Source of the DNA: Actinomycetota bacterium
Lineage (GTDB): Bacteria; Actinomycetota; Acidimicrobiia; IMCC26256; VFJJ01
Length of the DNA: 40,177 nt
Direction: 5' to 3'
Assembly: GCA_009886115.1 (NCBI GenBank)
Contig: VFJJ01000197.1
Coordinates: forward strand, 1 to 40,177
Shown: positions 37,159-40,177 of the stretch, piece after piece
Position numbering within the stretch: position 1 is the stretch's first letter
Layout of the letters: each line of letters begins with the position of its first letter
Notes under the pieces: model-generated
The model's database searches: none
What the model was told of the DNA's origin: nothing
The model's input: the letters and a program-made list of their open reading frames with translations, nothing else
Position numbers and translations under genes: made by a program

Positions 37159-38598
37159 ATGCACATCCTGTTCGCTGCGGCAGAGTGCGCGCCCCTGGTC
37201 CGTGTCGGTGGGCTGGCCGAGGCCGCCTCCTCACTGGTTCGGACCCTGCGGGACTCGGGAGTCGTGGTGACCCTGGTGATCCCCGAGTATCGAGATCGCG
37301 ACCATCGGGTCGAGCTCGCTGAGGAGGTCACGGTTCCGCTCGAGGTCGACGAATGGGCTCGCCCGGCGACCGCCCGATTCGGGATCGCCGAGGGCTTCGG
37401 GCCGATCGTCACCGTCGACGTTCCCGGGATCGCCAAGCCGCATCCGTACGTCGACCCGACCACGGGCATCGGTTGGGCCGACAACCCCTTGCGGTTCTTC
37501 GCGTTCTCGGCCGCGGTGGGCGCCTTGGCCGAGCTGCTCGACCCGGACGTCGTCCACGTCAACGACTGGCACACGGCGGGGGCCCTGGGGTTCACCGGTG
37601 TCACGCGACCGAGCGTCTTGACGGTCCACAACCTCGCGTACCAGGGACAGTGTGAGCTTGCGTGGGCGGCCCGGCTCGCGTCGCGGGCCGACGTCGACGC
37701 GTACGTCTGGGCGGGCGACACCAACCCGCTCGCCGGCGGGATCCGCTTGGCGGACAGGGTCGTGGCCGTGAGCCCCACGTACGCGCGCGAGATCGTCGAT
37801 CCGGCCCACGGCATGGGACTCGACGAGGTCCTCGTCGCCAAGGGCCCGGCGCTGTCGGGGATCATCAACGGGATCGACGCCGCAACGTGGGATCCAGCAG
37901 CGAACCCGGCGCTGCCGGCTCGATTCGACGCGACGCGCCTCGCGCCGCGCGCACGGTGTCGGGCGCACCTCCTGACCGAGTTGGGCTGGAGCGACGCCGT
38001 CGGGGTGCCCGCTCCCGATCTGATGCTCGGGATGGTCACTCGCATGGTCGACCAGAAAGGCGTCGATCTCGCACTGGCGCTGGTGCCGTACCTCGACGGC
38101 TTGGGCGCCCGGTTGGTGATGCTGGGATCGGGCGATCCCGACCTCGTGGCCGAGGCTCGGCGGGCGATGCACGATCACCCCGATCGGGTCGCCTTCCACG
38201 AGGGCTATGACGACGCGTTGGGGCATCGGATCTTCGCCGGTTGCGATGCCGTCCTCGTCCCCAGCCGCTTCGAGCCGTGTGGGCTCACCCAGATGCAGGC
38301 CATGCGGTACGGCGCGATGCCCATCGTGACCGACGTGGGTGGACTGCACGACACGGTCATCGACGCCGATCGCGATCGTCTGCTCGGGACGGGTTTCGTC
38401 GCTCGAAAGGTCGAGCCCGCCGCGCTCGTCGACGCGGTGCACCGCGCAGCACGAGCCTGGCGAAACCGGCCGCGCCGTGAAGCGATCCAGCGCCGAGGAA
38501 TGACGGCCGATTGGTCGTGGACCCGGCCTGCAGCGCAGATCGTCGACCTCTACGAGGATCTGTTGACACCCAGTCCAGCTCCGGGGTCCCGATCCTGA
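37159..38598 (+). CDS. glgA: Glycogen synthase (GT5, ADP-glucose type)
   Basis: AECAPLVRVGGL, HVNDWHT, TVHNLAYQG, VSPTYAREI, GIINGID, TRMVDQKG, PSRFEPCGLTQMQAMRYG. Confidence 0.93.
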   Translation: MHILFAAAECAPLVRVGGLAEAASSLVRTLRDSGVVVTLVIPEYRDRDHRVELAEEVTVPLEVDEWARPATARFGIAEGFGPIVTVDVPGIAKPHPYVDPTTGIGWADNPLRFFAFSAAVGALAELLDPDVVHVNDWHTAGALGFTGVTRPSVLTVHNLAYQGQCELAWAARLASRADVDAYVWAGDTNPLAGGIRLADRVVAVSPTYAREIVDPAHGMGLDEVLVAKGPALSGIINGIDAATWDPAANPALPARFDATRLAPRARCRAHLLTELGWSDAVGVPAPDLMLGMVTRMVDQKGVDLALALVPYLDGLGARLVMLGSGDPDLVAEARRAMHDHPDRVAFHEGYDDALGHRIFAGCDAVLVPSRFEPCGLTQMQAMRYGAMPIVTDVGGLHDTVIDADRDRLLGTGFVARKVEPAALVDAVHRAARAWRNRPRREAIQRRGMTADWSWTRPAAQIVDLYEDLLTPSPAPGSRS

Positions 38599-38653
38599 GC
38601 GCTGCGAGGGCCTGGAAACGTCGCCCTGCGCCCGGGGAATAGGCTCCTCGGCA

Positions 38654-39922
38654 ATGGCCGCTTCCCCGAAGGTCCTCGTGGCGATCCTCGCCGGTGGTGA
38701 GGGCAAACGCCTGCACCCGCTCACGAAGGAACGGGCCAAGCCCGGCGTGCCCTTTGGCGGCTCGTACCGGCTCGTCGACTTCGTGTTGTCGAACTTCGCG
38801 AACGCCGGCTTTCTCAAGATCATCGTGCTGACCCAGTACAAGAGCCACAGCCTCGATCGTCACATCTCCCAGACCTGGCGGTTCTCGACCCTGCTGGGGA
38901 ACTACGTGGCCTCGGTGCCGGCCCAGATGCGCCGGGGGCCGTACTGGTTCTCCGGCTCGGCTGACGCCATCTTCCAGAACTTGAACCTCGTCGCTGACGA
39001 GCGCCCCGACATCGTGTGCGTGTTCGGTGCCGACCACATCTACCGGATGGATCCCAGGCAGATGGTCGAGCGGCATCTCGACCTCCGCGCCGGGGTCACC
39101 GTGGGGGGCATCCCCGTTGCCAGCGACGAGGCGCATCAGTTCGGGATCATCGAGACCGACGGGCGCGACAAGATCGTGCGCTTCCACGAGAAGCCCGCCA
39201 ACCCACCTTCGGTCCCCGGCGAGCCCGATGTGTGCCTGGCCTCCATGGGGAATTACGTCTTCAACACCGAGGTGCTCGTCGACGCCGTCACCGAGGACGC
39301 CGCCGATCCCGACTCGTCGCACGATCTCGGAGGCGACATCATCCCGAAGCTCACCCAGGCCGGTATGGCCTATGTCTACGACTTCCGCGGCAACTGGGTC
39401 CCCGGACAACTCCAGCGCGAGCGGGGCTACTGGCGCGACGTCGGGACGATCGACGCGTACTACGCGGCGAACATGGACCTCATCGCCCCGGTGCCGATCT
39501 TCAGTCTCTACAACCGCGATTGGCCGATCTACACGTACCAACCGCCGTTGTCGCCAGCCAAGCTCGTGCGCGGGTCCGATGGGTTGCCGGGCGCCGCCTC
39601 CGACAGCCTCCTGTGCGAAGGCTCGATCGTCTCCGGTGGTCGGGTCGAACGATCGATCGTGGGCCCCGGGTGCTACATCGACCAGGGCGCCGAGGTGGAG
39701 GAAGCCATCTTGTTCAGCGACGTGACCATCGGCCCCGGAGCCGTGGTGCGGAACTGCATCATCGACAAGCATGTCCACGTGCCGGCCGGGTTCGAGATCG
39801 GGGTTCATCCCGAGCTCGACAGCGCCCGGTTCACCGTGTCGGCCGCCGGGATCGTGGTGATCGAGAAGGGCCGAGATCTTTCCCTGTCTATGGAGACTGA
39901 TGGTCATGCCGGCGCGGTCTGA
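38654..39922 (+). CDS. glgC: Glucose-1-phosphate adenylyltransferase
   Basis: LAGGEGKRLHPLT..RAKPGVPFGGSYRLVDF, QYKSHSL, ADHIYRMD, FHEKP, ASMGNYVF, YWRDVGT. Confidence 0.97.
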   Translation: MAASPKVLVAILAGGEGKRLHPLTKERAKPGVPFGGSYRLVDFVLSNFANAGFLKIIVLTQYKSHSLDRHISQTWRFSTLLGNYVASVPAQMRRGPYWFSGSADAIFQNLNLVADERPDIVCVFGADHIYRMDPRQMVERHLDLRAGVTVGGIPVASDEAHQFGIIETDGRDKIVRFHEKPANPPSVPGEPDVCLASMGNYVFNTEVLVDAVTEDAADPDSSHDLGGDIIPKLTQAGMAYVYDFRGNWVPGQLQRERGYWRDVGTIDAYYAANMDLIAPVPIFSLYNRDWPIYTYQPPLSPAKLVRGSDGLPGAASDSLLCEGSIVSGGRVERSIVGPGCYIDQGAEVEEAILFSDVTIGPGAVVRNCIIDKHVHVPAGFEIGVHPELDSARFTVSAAGIVVIEKGRDLSLSMETDGHAGAV

Positions 39923-40177
39923 GAGTCCAGCACCCCAGGCGACCGGAACGGGGCGCCCCGAGGGGCATCGCCGCAAGCAGGCGGCGTTGGCGCGCGCCCG
40001 CCGGCGACGTCAGCGACGTTTGACCATCGGGGCCACGGCGCTGGGTCTGGGTGCTGTGGTGTGGGCGATCGTGGCCGCCGCGACCGACGACGGCGGAGGG
40101 GGGCGGCCGGCGGCGGAGACGACCGTCACCACGGCTCCCTCGATCACCACGGTGCCCGGCTCGTCCGTACCGGAAAC
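39900..40177 (+). CDS. Partial membrane-anchored protein (N-terminus only)
   Basis: Open to the window edge from ATG 39900 (GGAG upstream): a basic stretch RARRRRQRR, a TM segment LTIGATALGLGAVVWAIVAAA, then a Thr/Pro-rich linker. Function not assignable. Confidence 0.65.
   Translation, partial: MVMPARSESPAPQATGTGRPEGHRRKQAALARARRRRQRRLTIGATALGLGAVVWAIVAAATDDGGGGRPAAETTVTTAPSITTVPGSSVPE

Overview
High-GC actinobacterial chromosomal segment (gene content, leaderless starts and regulatory motifs suggest Acidimicrobiia or a relative; this is inference). It has about 34 real genes; most ORFs in the supplied track are GC-rich shadow frames, and many true starts lie downstream of the track starts. 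From left to right: a partial DUF222 (13E12-type) gene absent from the track, an atypical receiver-domain gene, the SCO1664/DUF3090/phosphomutase trio, a highly structured intergenic region (candidate ncRNA), DUF3151, an acyl-CoA ligase, a carboxylesterase, a lipoprotein TAP-like peptidase preceded by two zinc-ribbon/degenerate-metallopeptidase paralogues, and a cluster of three Tat-exported multicopper oxidases with two His-containing membrane proteins and a signal peptidase I. These are followed by an alpha/beta hydrolase, a frameshifted M14 carboxypeptidase, hisE-hisG, gamma-CA, a LOG-family gene, zwf, a GH63-like glycosidase, a four-gene conservon (sensor kinase, roadblock, DUF742, GTPase), a coiled-coil protein, glgA-glgC and a partial membrane protein. 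Best leads: (1) the triple multicopper oxidase/signal peptidase cluster, with a promoter motif repeated in front of two oxidases; (2) the switch-like structured RNA at about 3870-4100; (3) back-to-back PafBC-type and LexA-type DNA-damage promoters; (4) the zinc-ribbon/pseudo-peptidase pair. No rRNA, tRNA, CRISPR array or intact transposase was recognised. Family calls come from motif recognition by eye, not from database searches.
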